A stretch of DNA of 64,000 nt, taken from the NCBI GenBank assembly GCA_963730935.1, contig CAVSTP010000004.1, positions 768,001 to 832,000 on the forward strand, written 5' to 3'. Source of the DNA: an uncultured Nitrospiraceae bacterium. Lineage in GTDB: Bacteria; Nitrospirota; Nitrospiria; Nitrospirales; Nitrospiraceae. Positions within the stretch are counted from its first letter, which is position 1, and every line of letters begins with the position of its first letter. Under the pieces are notes generated by a model, which saw nothing but the letters and a program-made list of their open reading frames with translations, made no database searches and was not told the origin of the DNA. Shown in pieces: positions 40,609 through 51,148 of this stretch. A program made the position numbers and the translations under genes.

Positions 40609-41421
40609 ATGAATCTAAGACTTGAAGGCAGAAGAGCATTAATCACGAATGTCACTGGGCCTATCGGAGCGAGCATTGCCCAAGCGTTAGTCCATGAAGG
40701 CGTTGCTGTCGCATTGCATGGGGATAAAGAGGAAGTGAGTCGTATTGTTAGAGAAATTATTGCGAACGGCGGGAGGGCCAGTTGGACTACTGGGGACTTG
40801 GGTACAGACGAGGGAGTTGCGCACGTCATAGATCGAGCCATGGTGGAATGCGGTGGAATCGACATTCTTATTCATAACAGTAAAGTGCTGCCCGAACACG
40901 GATGGTTACATCAGCCTCCTGAATATTGGAACGACTTGTACAATCAGAATGTTGTATCTCTTGTGCGCCTAGTACGCATGTTGGAGCCACATATGCGGCA
41001 ACGGGGATGGGGCCGGGTAATTTTAGTGCCAGGAGGAAGGCAGCGGCAAACCAATGATATAGCAGATCACTCCGTTACCGACGCTGCAAACATCAATGTG
41101 ACAATAAGTCTCGCTCATGAGCTCGCACGAACCGGTATTACGGTGAATACGATAACGCCGGGGGTCATTGTGACGAACGATTCGGAGCAGTTTTGGCGCA
41201 AAGTGGCTGAAAAGCATGGATGGACTGGTGACTGGAAGGAAATCGAAGAACGTCTCTGTGACGAAGTATTATATGGTCCTACCGATCGCCTCGGGCGAGC
41301 CGAAGACGTCGCAACCCTTGTCGCCTTTGTCGCAAGTCCGGTTGCCGACTTCATTAACGGTACAAATCTGGCTGTAGATGGCGGATACACCGCTGCTCTT
41401 CGGCATCTCGCAATGCACTAA
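40609..41421 (+). CDS. Atypical SDR-family oxidoreductase
   Basis: LEGRRALIT..GPIGASIA, GGIDILI, GITVNTITPG, ADFINGTNLAVDGG; canonical YxxxK missing. Confidence 0.85.
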   Translation: MNLRLEGRRALITNVTGPIGASIAQALVHEGVAVALHGDKEEVSRIVREIIANGGRASWTTGDLGTDEGVAHVIDRAMVECGGIDILIHNSKVLPEHGWLHQPPEYWNDLYNQNVVSLVRLVRMLEPHMRQRGWGRVILVPGGRQRQTNDIADHSVTDAANINVTISLAHELARTGITVNTITPGVIVTNDSEQFWRKVAEKHGWTGDWKEIEERLCDEVLYGPTDRLGRAEDVATLVAFVASPVADFINGTNLAVDGGYTAALRHLAMH

Positions 41422-41449
41422 AAGGAGAAAGAGTCATACCAGGATAAGA

Positions 41450-41468
41450 AAAGGGGACAGGCTACTTT
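41450..41468. repeat. Inverted repeat at the 3' side of the RAYT gene
   Basis: AAAGGGGACAGGCTACTTT, 18/19 complementary to 42155-42173; overlaps the stop codon. Confidence 0.9.
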
Positions 41469-42112
41469 ACTAAGTGCTTGAATGGTCTTCCACGCTTCCT
41501 TAAGGTCGATTCTAACCTCAGTGCCACAGCGGTGATCGATCGCCACGAGTCCGTCCCAAACGGCTGTTGTCGATTCACACACGTGCGCATCGCCCTCAAT
41601 TCATGATCAAACAGCGGCTCATCGAGCCAGTGCAACCAGTCGCTGGGCGTCTCGACAGGAATAGGATCACTCACGTGAGAAAAGCGCAGACGTGTCCATG
41701 GCCAGTCCAACACTTGGTTCGCTAGTCCTGCCCGAACCGGATTGCGGAGAATGTATCGGATCACGATCAAGAGATGATCGTCCTGCTGAATGGGAAAACT
41801 CTTGAACCGGCCCTCCCAGAGATGTCCATGGCTCCGGTAATGCTCGTGATATCGTCGGACATGGCTCGTCATCCACCACTGCATGAAGGCACTCACTGCG
41901 CCGTCGACAGCTGGCTGTACAACCAGATGAAAATGATTTGGCATGAGACAGACGGCCAGCACTCTGACCGAGAATTTGGTTCTTGCTTTGGCGAGAAGGT
42001 CCAAGAAGACTGAATAGTCACCGTCTTTGTGGAAGACAGTCATGCCTCCATTGCCGCGATTGAGTACATGGTAGGCATACCCGGCTACTTGTCCGCGCGG
42101 AATCCGAGGCAT
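41462..42112 (-). mobile_element. REP-associated tyrosine transposase (RAYT, Y1/HUH superfamily)
   Basis: MPRIPR...YHVLNRGN, CLMPNHFHLVV (HUH), GHLWEGRFKS, RYILRNPVRAGL (catalytic Tyr), RGRP tail. Confidence 0.93.
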
Positions 42113-42154
42113 GGGCGCGGACGGTACGCGAACCAGCATTTTCGATGCAAAGGA

Positions 42155-42173
42155 AAAGTAGCCTGTCCTCTTT
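42155..42173. repeat. Inverted repeat at the 5' side of the RAYT gene
   Basis: AAAGTAGCCTGTCCTCTTT, followed by a partial second copy GTGTCCCCTTTA. Confidence 0.9.
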
Positions 42174-42282
42174 AAATAGTGTCCCCTTTAAATTAGCTGT
42201 AACAAAGCGCCATAATTTAGCGATGGAATTCGCTTATCCGCCCCGAAGGAGCACGTCAGGAGTCGACTGGACATAAAGCTGT

Positions 42283-42891
42283 ATGGAGAACGTCATGAAT
42301 ACTCATAGCTTTGGGTACGGATTCACACTTGGAGCGGCTTTTGCTCTTTTCCTATCCCCTTTTGTGCTGTCTGCGGCAAATAAAGGCTCATCTTCACCCA
42401 GTCTGATCCCTGCCGAACGGGTAGCTGAGTATGTGCACAGCGTGATCCAAGCGGATCGGAGTGTCTACACGACCGAAGTTGTTGAACGAATGAAGACCCA
42501 AGGGATTGTGACTGCTTCCGAGAATTGGAGAGACACAGGAAAACTTCCTTTGCCGGTTCAGTTCTTGATCGAAGCGAGCCGGCTTATGGCAGACAACCCG
42601 AATGGCATTCGATTCAGGCTGATCAGCAGTTGGGCCATCAACAAAGAAAATATGCCGAGGACTGACTTTGAGAAAACTGGACTGTTGCAAATTGCCGTGT
42701 CTCCTGAGCGTCCGTATAAGGGGACGAAGACGGAACATGGCATTGAGTACTTTGAAGCACTTTATCCTGACATAGCGGTCTCCCAGAGTTGCGTCCGCTG
42801 TCATAATGCGCACCCTCAAAGCCCCAAAAAAGATTTCGGGGTGGGAGACGTCATGGGAGGCCTGTTGTTGAGCATTCCGGTCAGCCGATAG
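42283..42891 (+). CDS. DUF3365 / Tll0287-like c-type heme protein
   Basis: Signal peptide, ADRSVYT, LPLPVQF, CVRCH heme motif, GDVMGG. Confidence 0.85.
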   Translation: MENVMNTHSFGYGFTLGAAFALFLSPFVLSAANKGSSSPSLIPAERVAEYVHSVIQADRSVYTTEVVERMKTQGIVTASENWRDTGKLPLPVQFLIEASRLMADNPNGIRFRLISSWAINKENMPRTDFEKTGLLQIAVSPERPYKGTKTEHGIEYFEALYPDIAVSQSCVRCHNAHPQSPKKDFGVGDVMGGLLLSIPVSR

Positions 42892-43047
42892 CAAAATACA
42901 GCCAAGTGAGCACCGGGTCGGGAGTCTTTTCTGACTGACCCATTTCGTGGCGCGGGGTGGGCCGGCTGTTTCCCCGCCTCCCCGCCCATCCCCACCACTC
43001 ATCGCACCTCACACCGCGATAGACCCCGCCTATATCAAAAACGTAGA

Positions 43048-43494
43048 ATGGGTCGGCTCCGCATTTCCACTACGAGGCGTTTCTTGATTCCTGTTATTGT
43101 GGGCGCTCTCCTTGCTGTTGGGGTCGCAACACTGGCTAAGTTCACACACTTCGATGAAGACCGCAGCTTTTATTCCACTGTTCTCATCATCATCGCGTCA
43201 TATTATGTATTGTTCGCGATTTTAGACGGTTCGGGTCATGCCTTGGTGTGGGAACTGATCCTCGCCGTCGCGTTTTCGACAGCAGCGATCATCGGCGCAC
43301 TCTTTCTTCCCACGCTCGTTGGGGCGGGCATCGTTGCACACGGTCTCTTTGATCTTGTGCATGATGTTTTCATTGAGAATTCTGGTGTCCCGACTTGGTG
43401 GCCAAGCTTTTGTGCCAGCATTGATGTCTTGTTGGGAATCTGGGTGATTATCCTTACCCTTAACCGTTCCCGACCGTCATGCTCAATGCGTTAG
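43048..43494 (+). CDS. Hypothetical membrane protein (start uncertain, possibly TTG 43084)
   Basis: Several TM helices; FDEDRSFYSTVLIIIASYY, AHGLFDLVH, GVPTWWPSFC. Confidence 0.75.
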   Translation: MGRLRISTTRRFLIPVIVGALLAVGVATLAKFTHFDEDRSFYSTVLIIIASYYVLFAILDGSGHALVWELILAVAFSTAAIIGALFLPTLVGAGIVAHGLFDLVHDVFIENSGVPTWWPSFCASIDVLLGIWVIILTLNRSRPSCSMR

Positions 43495-43940
43495 AACTCA
43501 AAGTCCCCCCAGTTGCGCTCGTATTCCTGTTCGGCGCCCTGATGTGGCTTGCCTCTGCTTATTCTCCGTTCACCATCGCACTGCCTTGGCACTCGACGTT
43601 GGCCATTTGTATTGGCATTGTGGGACTCGCGATCGCGGGGGCCGGCGTCTTGAGCTTTCGCCGGGCGGAGACCACCGTCAATCCGCTCACACCGGAAGCG
43701 ACGACAACCATGGTCACCTCGGGCATCTACCGTTTCACTCGTCACCCGATGTACCTGGGCTTCCTGTTTGTTCTTGCTGGGTGGGCGATTTACCTCTCCA
43801 ACCTAGTGGACTTCATATTTCTTCCTCTGTTCGTGTGGTACATGAATCGATTTCAAATCATACCTGAGGAAAGAGTCTTGGGTGCCAAGTTCTCGCATTC
43901 ATTCACAGCGTACAGATCTTCTGTCCGCCGATGGTTATGA
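43479..43940 (+). CDS. Isoprenylcysteine carboxyl methyltransferase family membrane protein
   Basis: FRRAETTVNP, GIYRFTRHPMYLG, FQIIPEERVL, YRSSVRRWL. Confidence 0.9.
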   Translation: MLNALELKVPPVALVFLFGALMWLASAYSPFTIALPWHSTLAICIGIVGLAIAGAGVLSFRRAETTVNPLTPEATTTMVTSGIYRFTRHPMYLGFLFVLAGWAIYLSNLVDFIFLPLFVWYMNRFQIIPEERVLGAKFSHSFTAYRSSVRRWL

Positions 43941-44103
43941 TCGCGGCGCGGGGCGGCCCGGCTCGTTGCTCGCCTCACCGCTCCTCGCACATCACACCGC
44001 GATTGAACCCATGCTCCGCTTCTCTCCCCTCCAAAGTGTCATGTAACCAGCTCACCTCATCGATCGACTAGAAGATACAGCCATCTCACGATCGGAGGTC
44101 AGT

Positions 44104-44511
44104 ATGATCAGGCACATCGTGTTCCTCGGCGTCATCGCGATTTTCGTCCCCTCGCTCTCGTCTTCATCCGATCAGCTCGATTCCAGCGTGTATCAATGTC
44201 CGGGTCCTGCGGGTACCACCCTGTACACCAACCAGAAGCGACCGGGTTGTGAGGAGATGAGCCTTCCCGAGCTGACGATCGCGCCCCATCGAGGCGCCGC
44301 CATTCAATCTAGCAACGCGACGCTCTACGGATCACGCCCGTTCCCGTCTGACTGGTTCGACTATGCCGGATCAGTCGGTTCCTTCCGGAACCGTCTGACA
44401 GAGGGAGGGCTCTACGGCATGCAGGATTGGCTTGACTACGATGCGCCGATAGGCTCGATGCGTAATTCGCCTGCCTATTGGCCAAATCCTTATGGACTAT
44501 ACAGATGGTAA
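44104..44511 (+). CDS. Secreted hypothetical protein (DUF4124-like N-terminus)
   Basis: Signal peptide, VYQCPGPAGTTLYTNQ..PGC; internal repeat DWFDYAGSVGSFRN / DWLDYDAPIGSMRN. Confidence 0.7.
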   Translation: MIRHIVFLGVIAIFVPSLSSSSDQLDSSVYQCPGPAGTTLYTNQKRPGCEEMSLPELTIAPHRGAAIQSSNATLYGSRPFPSDWFDYAGSVGSFRNRLTEGGLYGMQDWLDYDAPIGSMRNSPAYWPNPYGLYRW

Positions 44512-44719
44512 AACGGCAAAGGGAGAAGTAACCGGGGAGACATTCTAGATTTCGCGGCGCGGGGCAGGCCGGCTCGTTCCTCGTCTTCCCTCTCCCTCCT
44601 GGCCCCTCACCACTCATCGCACCTCACACCGCGATAGACCCCGCCATCCCGCCGTCTTTGTGTAAACCACGCTTTCTTTTTACGAATCGACAGTCCCGCC
44701 GGCACCCGGCTGGGCTTTC

Positions 44720-44751
44720 TTATCCGCGGCGTGCCGCCTCGATTGCGGCGA
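44720..44751 (-). pseudogene. Remnant 3' end of a VOC-family gene (copy of 51149-51180)
   Basis: Encodes AAIEAARRG* versus AAIEVARRG* of the intact gene. Confidence 0.7.
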
Positions 44752-45619
44752 CAGCCTGCATGCACTCACTCACCCAATCGCTCAAAGACCTAACAGATTG
44801 AGGCGTCGCCCGTCTGACGCTCCCGCGATTGCTCCAACACTGAAACGACCTGTCTTCGGTGTATCTATTTCGATCCTGGGAATCTATTTCGATTCCCAGA
44901 TTCCATGCCTTCTTTAGCAACGATTGTTAAGCTTCGTCTGTCTCTAATCGACCCTTACCATTTTAAGGCGTTGATATCGCTGCTACAGCATTGAAGGCAC
45001 TTCGTGTCCAAGATTGGTCCAGCAGTTGCTCATATGTCCTTCAGCATGGGGCAAGGAAACAACGCCATGAGAAGCCTCCTCGATTACCTGCTCGTCCTCA
45101 TAGTGCGATTTGGTGCAGGGTCTGCGCTCGTGATGGTCAAGAATCTCTGTCCCTAGCGAGAGAACGTGGGAAAACAAGAAAAGGGTCGGGAGTCTTTTCT
45201 TGGGGAATAGGAAACGGTGTCAGGAACCATTTCGCGGCGCGTGGCGGGCCGGCCTGTTCCTCGCCTTCCTGCCCTCCCTCTTCACCTCTTCACAACTCAT
45301 CGCACATCACACCGCGATAGCCCCCGCCCACGTGTAGAACGTCTGGATCTCGACCGAAGTCAGACTAGAAATGCTGTCAGGCCAGTTTCGCGGGGGGGGG
45401 CGGGCCGGCTCGTTCCGGGCCTCCCCGTCCTCTGCCTGATCCCTCATCGCTCACCGCACCTCACACCGCGATAGCCCCCTCTTCGGTGTGCAAGAAAAAG
45501 TAGCCTGTCCCCTTTTAATCAGCGTGCAGCCTTGGAGCATTTCTCCTTTTCGATTGTTTTATGGCTTGCTCTCGTCTAGCTTAGAGTCTTGAGACTGAAG
45601 AATCGCTTTCGCTTATTAG

Positions 45620-45859
45620 GTGCTTATGATCAAGCGACGGACAACTAAGACAAAGCGAGTGAAGCGGGCTACGAAACCCGCAGGGTCGAAGGCAAGAGTC
45701 AAACGGCCCACTCGCCGTCCCAACAAACAGCTCAAAGCGAAAAAGTCCACGGGACTACGCTCCCTTAAGTCACGAAAGTCCAAATCCGGCCCGTCAGACA
45801 CAAGCTATCTGGCGTGGATTGAAATGACTGAGTCGCCCGAATGGTCGATTGCCAGCTAG
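45620..45859 (+). CDS. Small Lys/Arg-rich hypothetical protein
   Basis: 79 aa basic ORF filling the space between two R4 copies. Confidence 0.45.
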   Translation: MLMIKRRTTKTKRVKRATKPAGSKARVKRPTRRPNKQLKAKKSTGLRSLKSRKSKSGPSDTSYLAWIEMTESPEWSIAS

Positions 45860-46003
45860 TGGCCCTCGCCACCCCCCCCTTCCCGCTCCTCACCGCTCAT
45901 CGCACTTCACACCGCGATAGACCCCGCCCATGATGACGTGCGTTCAATTCCTTGAGGACTAGCGGGTGGTGTCATGGCGCTGGAACGTGCGGCCTGCGAG
46001 GTG

Positions 46004-49000
46004 CTAATTTCCTGCTTCCTGAGTCGAGCTTTCCGCCGAGTCGCCGCTTTTGCAGCCGGTGAATAGATTTGCAATCGCCCCAACAAGTTTCTGGCGTTTG
46101 ACGGTACCAGCGGTTCCCCCTTTCGTTCCGTACTCGGGATTTCCCGCTGTCCCTTTCACTGTGACGGTGACGGGCAACATGGTGAAACCGTCCGAAGCCT
46201 TCGCGAATTGATCGAGGCATGGAATCTTGACGTGGCTGGAGAAGGTAGGCCCGACTTTCGGTGAAAATTGAGCGTCGAGCTGGCCGTCCAGTCCGATCTT
46301 CCCTTCGGCCTCGATCGCATACATAGAGCCAATGGCGCGAGTTTGGTTCAGATGCATCCATCCATCCTTGATGTGAAGCTCGACATGAAACGTCTTGAAT
46401 TCTGCACCCTGGAACTCGTCGATGCGGGTGTGCTTTGCGAGGAGCTCCATCACGGGCGACTTGGCGAACCGGCCGTTTTCGACGTCGAACACTGCTATGC
46501 CATTCAGACTATTACGCAACGCCTCGCCCTGGCCCCGACCCGTTCCAGAGGTTGTGAACCTGCCGAGACCGGTTATTCGACCTCCTGGTTCGGTAAAGAG
46601 CGCTTCCGTGATAAGACCGAGATCTAACGCATTTCCTTTTGCGTCCCAGGTGATGTCTTGCTGCCTGTCCTTCTGCGCAATCGCGAATGTCCCCTGCACC
46701 GATCCTCCCGCCAATCCAGTCGGCTCCAGCGTCGCCTGCATACTGTGCCCGTCTCCTTTCGCGAGCAATCTTCCCGCTCCGATTGGGAGGTTCCGATAAG
46801 TCAGGGTCCCGATCGCAAGATCAACATCGATATCCAGCGGCAATGCGAAATCAGCCTTTGTTTCCTTTTTTAATTGAGGCGGTTCCCCAGGGGTGGTCTG
46901 TTGGATTGGGGTGTCGTTTGTAGGTGGCGCCAGTAACGCGGCGTACCAATCTGTGTCGAGCACCTCCACGCTCCCACGGAGTTGCAGGTGGGACCTGAGA
47001 CCCAAGCGGACCGTCCCTTTCATCATCACCCTGTCCGCCCGTCCCATCGGCCGCTCGGCGTTCATGGAGAGTTTCGCGATCTGAATCTCGTCTTCACTGC
47101 GTGTCACGAGGTGCTCGACATGAATTGTGGCCGGCTCAGAGCCGGCCCGACCTTTCACCGCGACCGTGATCGGTCCAACAGTTTCGCTTCCCTGGAAGAC
47201 GACCATTCCACCGGCTCGCTGTGCGACATTCAGCGCTCCAGCCACCACTAAGGGACCCGGCGCGCGGCCGGGAAGGATATCGAGGAAGTCGACGAAGGGC
47301 TGGCTATCCCACTCCTTCACCGTCACGTTCACGGATGCGACCGACGTCGTGGTGGCTTCGGCAATCAGCGGCCATCGGCCGCTGATCAGCAGGGTACCCG
47401 TATTGGTACCGGCAGATTCCATGCTGACCTCGATGCGCTGGAGGTTGGCCGTTGCCCAGGCGCTGTCTAATTCCATCTCGGCCAGTACACCGAATGTCTT
47501 TGTGATCTTGTGAGTCTTATCCAATCGTATGCGCAGCTTCACGGCTCGCAAGTCAGCCTGGAGGGTCAGCGGCTGGTCCGGGCCTGCCCCAACGACTCGA
47601 ACATCCCCGGTGAGGTTGCCTCCTGAAATCATTCTATGTTGCCGTTCCGTTAATAGACCCAGCCGGGCCACGAAGTCGCTCACGTCGGTGGTGTTGACAT
47701 CGAGCGCGAGGTCCGTCGCACCTCCAACATCGGCCGATCCGGTCAGGCGCACCTGCGCGAGCTGTCGGTTGCGGTCCAGCGCTCTGATCGCCCAGGAGTC
47801 GACGGACATGCGCGAGCCGCCGGCAATGGACGCACGAATTTCGGTTTCCAACGTGACGGGAACGCTTGAATGCTTTGTCCCGCGCTGGAATGTGACTCGG
47901 TCCACATCCACGCGGCCGGCGACGGCGATGTCATCGATGCCTTTGAGGCGGACCTTTACGTCAGTGTCAAGCACTCCACCACGGACCCCAGCCAACACTT
48001 GACTGCCGGTCATGGTGATCCATGGACGGACCTGATGCATTCCCAAACGGTTGACACGAAGGTTCAGGGTGATTTCTTCCGCCGCTACACCCGAGTTGGA
48101 GTCATCATTTTTCTTTCCCCGCACGAGGCTCAGCACGAGTGGCCGATCAAGCGCGACCGTGACGACGGGCCGCTGTCCCTCGACCGCCTGGATGCGCATC
48201 CGATCCAGCCGGAGGAGCCGCTCTGTTCGGGCCAGCTTGCCGGTCTGCTCGATCTCGAGATTCAACGGTGGCGCATCGGACGCCGTCGCCGGCATGTGCA
48301 GCTGAAGACCGCGGTTACGCAGATCGACTTTCCACTGTACCTCGCGTTCGTCTACCGCGAGTTCGGCATGGCCATCGATCTGCCCCCGTGCGATGGTGGT
48401 CTCACTCCACAGTGCAAGCAGCAGATTCAGATTCTCGCCGGGCAAGCCCGTAAGCGTCATGTTGCCGCTCAGCGCGGTGAGCCCCGCCGGATCGCCGAGC
48501 CGCCATTGGCCGGTCGCATGCAGCACCGCGACCTGTTTGTCTTTCAGGCTGACCGTCGTCGTCGCTGGGTCAAGTTTCAGCTGCTGCATATCGGTCAATC
48601 TCGACTTCCATTCAGTGACGAACTGTAATGGTCCTGTGCCGGTCCGTCCGCTCCGCTCACTGCTCATCTGGATTCCGGTGCCCTCGACACGGCCTGCCAC
48701 GTCCACGGTCGCCCCATGGTCGTACGTCGAGATGACGAGCCCGCCTTCCAACCGGCCGGCCGCCACTTCCCGCAACGTGTGGCGGCCCAGCAATGCGAGC
48801 CATGGACGGAGATCCCGGATGTCTGATGGAGCCAGGCGCAGAGACAAGACAGCCGGCTGGGGATCCGTCTCTCCCCGTCCCGTTTCTTTCTCAGGCCGAT
48901 CGAGATCGAGCACAACAGGACGATCGAGCGCTCCCGATAGAAGCGTCCTTCCCCTATCGATAACGTTGATGGTCAGAATCTCCATGGTCACGACCATCGT

Positions 49001-50095
49001 GCTGGAATCAAACGATCCAGCGTGTTCTATCGAGAGCTCGACCGGCGGACTCGCCTCGCTTTCGCCGGATCGGAATCGTACATCAGAGCCGGTCGCGTTC
49101 ACTTTCACGGACGTCCGGCTCCCCTCGTTGTGCACGTGGACTTGGGCATTGAACCGGCCCGACTGCACATGCGGACCGGGGGCCTCGCGCAACCAGAGAT
49201 CGAGGATGTCGCCTCTGACGTCTGTCCATATTAGGGAGGCATCGGTCACGGTCGGGCGAGTTGCCCCGTTCGTCTCACCAGTCAAATCAATCGTTCCTAG
49301 TTTCGTTCCGGCGCCGCTGATCGCGAGGTGGGAAGCAGCCTTCAGACTCTGCGATGCAGGTTGATAATTGCCGGCGAGCGCCTGCTCAACCTGGACGACT
49401 TCAGGATCGGCTGGATCGAGGTTGCCAGCGCTGGTTCTGAGGAGGACGTGGTTCAATCCGTTCCACGTTATTGAGGTGCCGTCGGCCGCGATTTCGACGG
49501 GCAGATTGAGGTCGAGTGTGCCCAACAGGTCTGGTATGCCCTCGCGTTCTCTCAGAAAACCGGTTCGGATCGACACGTTCCCGGACTGTCCCGGTCCGAG
49601 CCGGTTCAACATTGCGGAGACCCGCCCCGTGATCCGATGGTCGGCCTGCTCGACGATCACTGTCAGGTCCTCCAAACGAGCCCTTTCGATGGCCACCAGG
49701 GCCGGGCGCGCCCGCGTCTGCCCATTCTCCGCTTCACGTGTGCCAGACGCCATCAACGTCATGTTGATCCAGATCTGGGCCCGCTGCAGTTCGAAGTCGT
49801 CGATCCGCGGTATAGCTCCTGTCATGAATGACCACCACGCGGCGCGGAGTGTGAGCCGTTCTGCATCGATCGTGACTCCCAACATGGGATCCTCGTATCG
49901 GAAGCCCTCGATGTGGAGCAACCCACCAAGCGTGAGCATGCCGTCGCGGACCTCGAACGTGGCTCCGGTGAATTTTGCAGCAAGAGGGACAATAACGTGA
50001 CGGAAGCTGTGTGGCGTCTGCAAATAGACGAGAAGGCTTCCGAGCACAATGAGCGTGACCAACAGAACGAGACCGAGTTTTTCGACTAGACGCAT
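46004..50095 (-). CDS. Large AsmA-like protein
   Basis: 1363 aa, N-terminal TM, beta-rich body, AsmA-type C-terminus (SLNGIAVFDVENG...IKDGWM...IEAEGKIGLDG...PVTVTVKGTAGNP). Confidence 0.8.
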   Translation of the reverse strand: MRLVEKLGLVLLVTLIVLGSLLVYLQTPHSFRHVIVPLAAKFTGATFEVRDGMLTLGGLLHIEGFRYEDPMLGVTIDAERLTLRAAWWSFMTGAIPRIDDFELQRAQIWINMTLMASGTREAENGQTRARPALVAIERARLEDLTVIVEQADHRITGRVSAMLNRLGPGQSGNVSIRTGFLREREGIPDLLGTLDLNLPVEIAADGTSITWNGLNHVLLRTSAGNLDPADPEVVQVEQALAGNYQPASQSLKAASHLAISGAGTKLGTIDLTGETNGATRPTVTDASLIWTDVRGDILDLWLREAPGPHVQSGRFNAQVHVHNEGSRTSVKVNATGSDVRFRSGESEASPPVELSIEHAGSFDSSTMVVTMEILTINVIDRGRTLLSGALDRPVVLDLDRPEKETGRGETDPQPAVLSLRLAPSDIRDLRPWLALLGRHTLREVAAGRLEGGLVISTYDHGATVDVAGRVEGTGIQMSSERSGRTGTGPLQFVTEWKSRLTDMQQLKLDPATTTVSLKDKQVAVLHATGQWRLGDPAGLTALSGNMTLTGLPGENLNLLLALWSETTIARGQIDGHAELAVDEREVQWKVDLRNRGLQLHMPATASDAPPLNLEIEQTGKLARTERLLRLDRMRIQAVEGQRPVVTVALDRPLVLSLVRGKKNDDSNSGVAAEEITLNLRVNRLGMHQVRPWITMTGSQVLAGVRGGVLDTDVKVRLKGIDDIAVAGRVDVDRVTFQRGTKHSSVPVTLETEIRASIAGGSRMSVDSWAIRALDRNRQLAQVRLTGSADVGGATDLALDVNTTDVSDFVARLGLLTERQHRMISGGNLTGDVRVVGAGPDQPLTLQADLRAVKLRIRLDKTHKITKTFGVLAEMELDSAWATANLQRIEVSMESAGTNTGTLLISGRWPLIAEATTTSVASVNVTVKEWDSQPFVDFLDILPGRAPGPLVVAGALNVAQRAGGMVVFQGSETVGPITVAVKGRAGSEPATIHVEHLVTRSEDEIQIAKLSMNAERPMGRADRVMMKGTVRLGLRSHLQLRGSVEVLDTDWYAALLAPPTNDTPIQQTTPGEPPQLKKETKADFALPLDIDVDLAIGTLTYRNLPIGAGRLLAKGDGHSMQATLEPTGLAGGSVQGTFAIAQKDRQQDITWDAKGNALDLGLITEALFTEPGGRITGLGRFTTSGTGRGQGEALRNSLNGIAVFDVENGRFAKSPVMELLAKHTRIDEFQGAEFKTFHVELHIKDGWMHLNQTRAIGSMYAIEAEGKIGLDGQLDAQFSPKVGPTFSSHVKIPCLDQFAKASDGFTMLPVTVTVKGTAGNPEYGTKGGTAGTVKRQKLVGAIANLFTGCKSGDSAESSTQEAGN

Positions 50096-50378
50096 GGTGC
50101 GTTGCCCTACGTGAGAGACGGGAGCTTACCAGGGCGGGAACACCGACGGAAGGATGAATCTTCGCGGGTGAGGTCAGTTGAACTGATGAAAGTCGTAAGA
50201 CCCGAAGAAGTTGTTTAGGGCATAGCGCCGAATACGAAAGCAAATGGTGCCAGGGACGGCGCGGGCGGGCCGGCCCGTTCCTCGCCTCCGCGTCCCTCCC
50301 CGCTCATCGCGCCTCACACCGAGATAGACCCCGCCCACGCGAAAACAAGGGGGCGGGAGTCTTTTCTTGACACAACCC

Positions 50379-50900
50379 TCATTGACTACCAATGGGAGTG
50401 AACTTCATATCGTCAAAGGTGTCATTGATGGTCTTCCACACGGCCGCTTCTGATTCATGGATCTGATCTGTAGCGGTTGGTGAATCCTGGGCTCCCCTCA
50501 TTTCTCCCAATTGAGGATCCGCATATTTCCACCGTCGCGCGATGCCGTTCGCGTCGTACAGATACCGCACCATATTTCCATCGATCCGCCACTCACAGAT
50601 CTCGCTCCCTCCGCCCTGCGCGATGCAGCGGTCTGGCGGGCCTCTCTCTATGATCCGAGTGTCTTTATATTGCCCGAGCCATTTGTCAAACTCCTCGGAC
50701 AACGCCCGGCGCTCACGATCTTGCGTAGAGGCGCATCCCATGACGGCTGCGAGAATACCCGCTCCTAGGAGCTGCAAAGCGAAGGCTCGGGAAGAGGATA
50801 GAGAACGTGACTGATGTCTGCTCGATGACACAGGTCGTTCCTCGGCTGAACAAGATCCTTCAATACAGAATCGCGTCACCAGCAACCGACACGGGGGCAA
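50379..50900 (-). CDS. Hypothetical lipoprotein (start probably downstream of 50900)
   Basis: Lipobox-like ILAAVMGC, FDKWLGQ...RGPPDRC. Confidence 0.6.
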   Translation of the reverse strand: MPPCRLLVTRFCIEGSCSAEERPVSSSRHQSRSLSSSRAFALQLLGAGILAAVMGCASTQDRERRALSEEFDKWLGQYKDTRIIERGPPDRCIAQGGGSEICEWRIDGNMVRYLYDANGIARRWKYADPQLGEMRGAQDSPTATDQIHESEAAVWKTINDTFDDMKFTPIGSQ

Positions 50901-51148
50901 GATAAAGGGGACAGGCTACTTTGCTAAGTGCTCAATATGGGCCCGGAGCCATCCTCGGGACGTCGCGGGTCGGCCCGATGCTCGGCTCCCCGCCCCCTCA
51001 CCGCTCATCGCACCTCACACCGCGATAGCCCCCGCCATCCCGGCGTCTTTGTGTAAAACGCGCTTTCTTTTTACGAATCGACAGTCCCGCCGGCACCCGG
51101 TGATGCTCCCACCGGGCTTCCTGGGAATGTACGCTTGGAAGATCTACC

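Noticed and set aside
46268..50000. Multiple + strand ORFs inside the AsmA-like gene
   Set aside because: Antisense ORFs expected in GC-rich coding DNA
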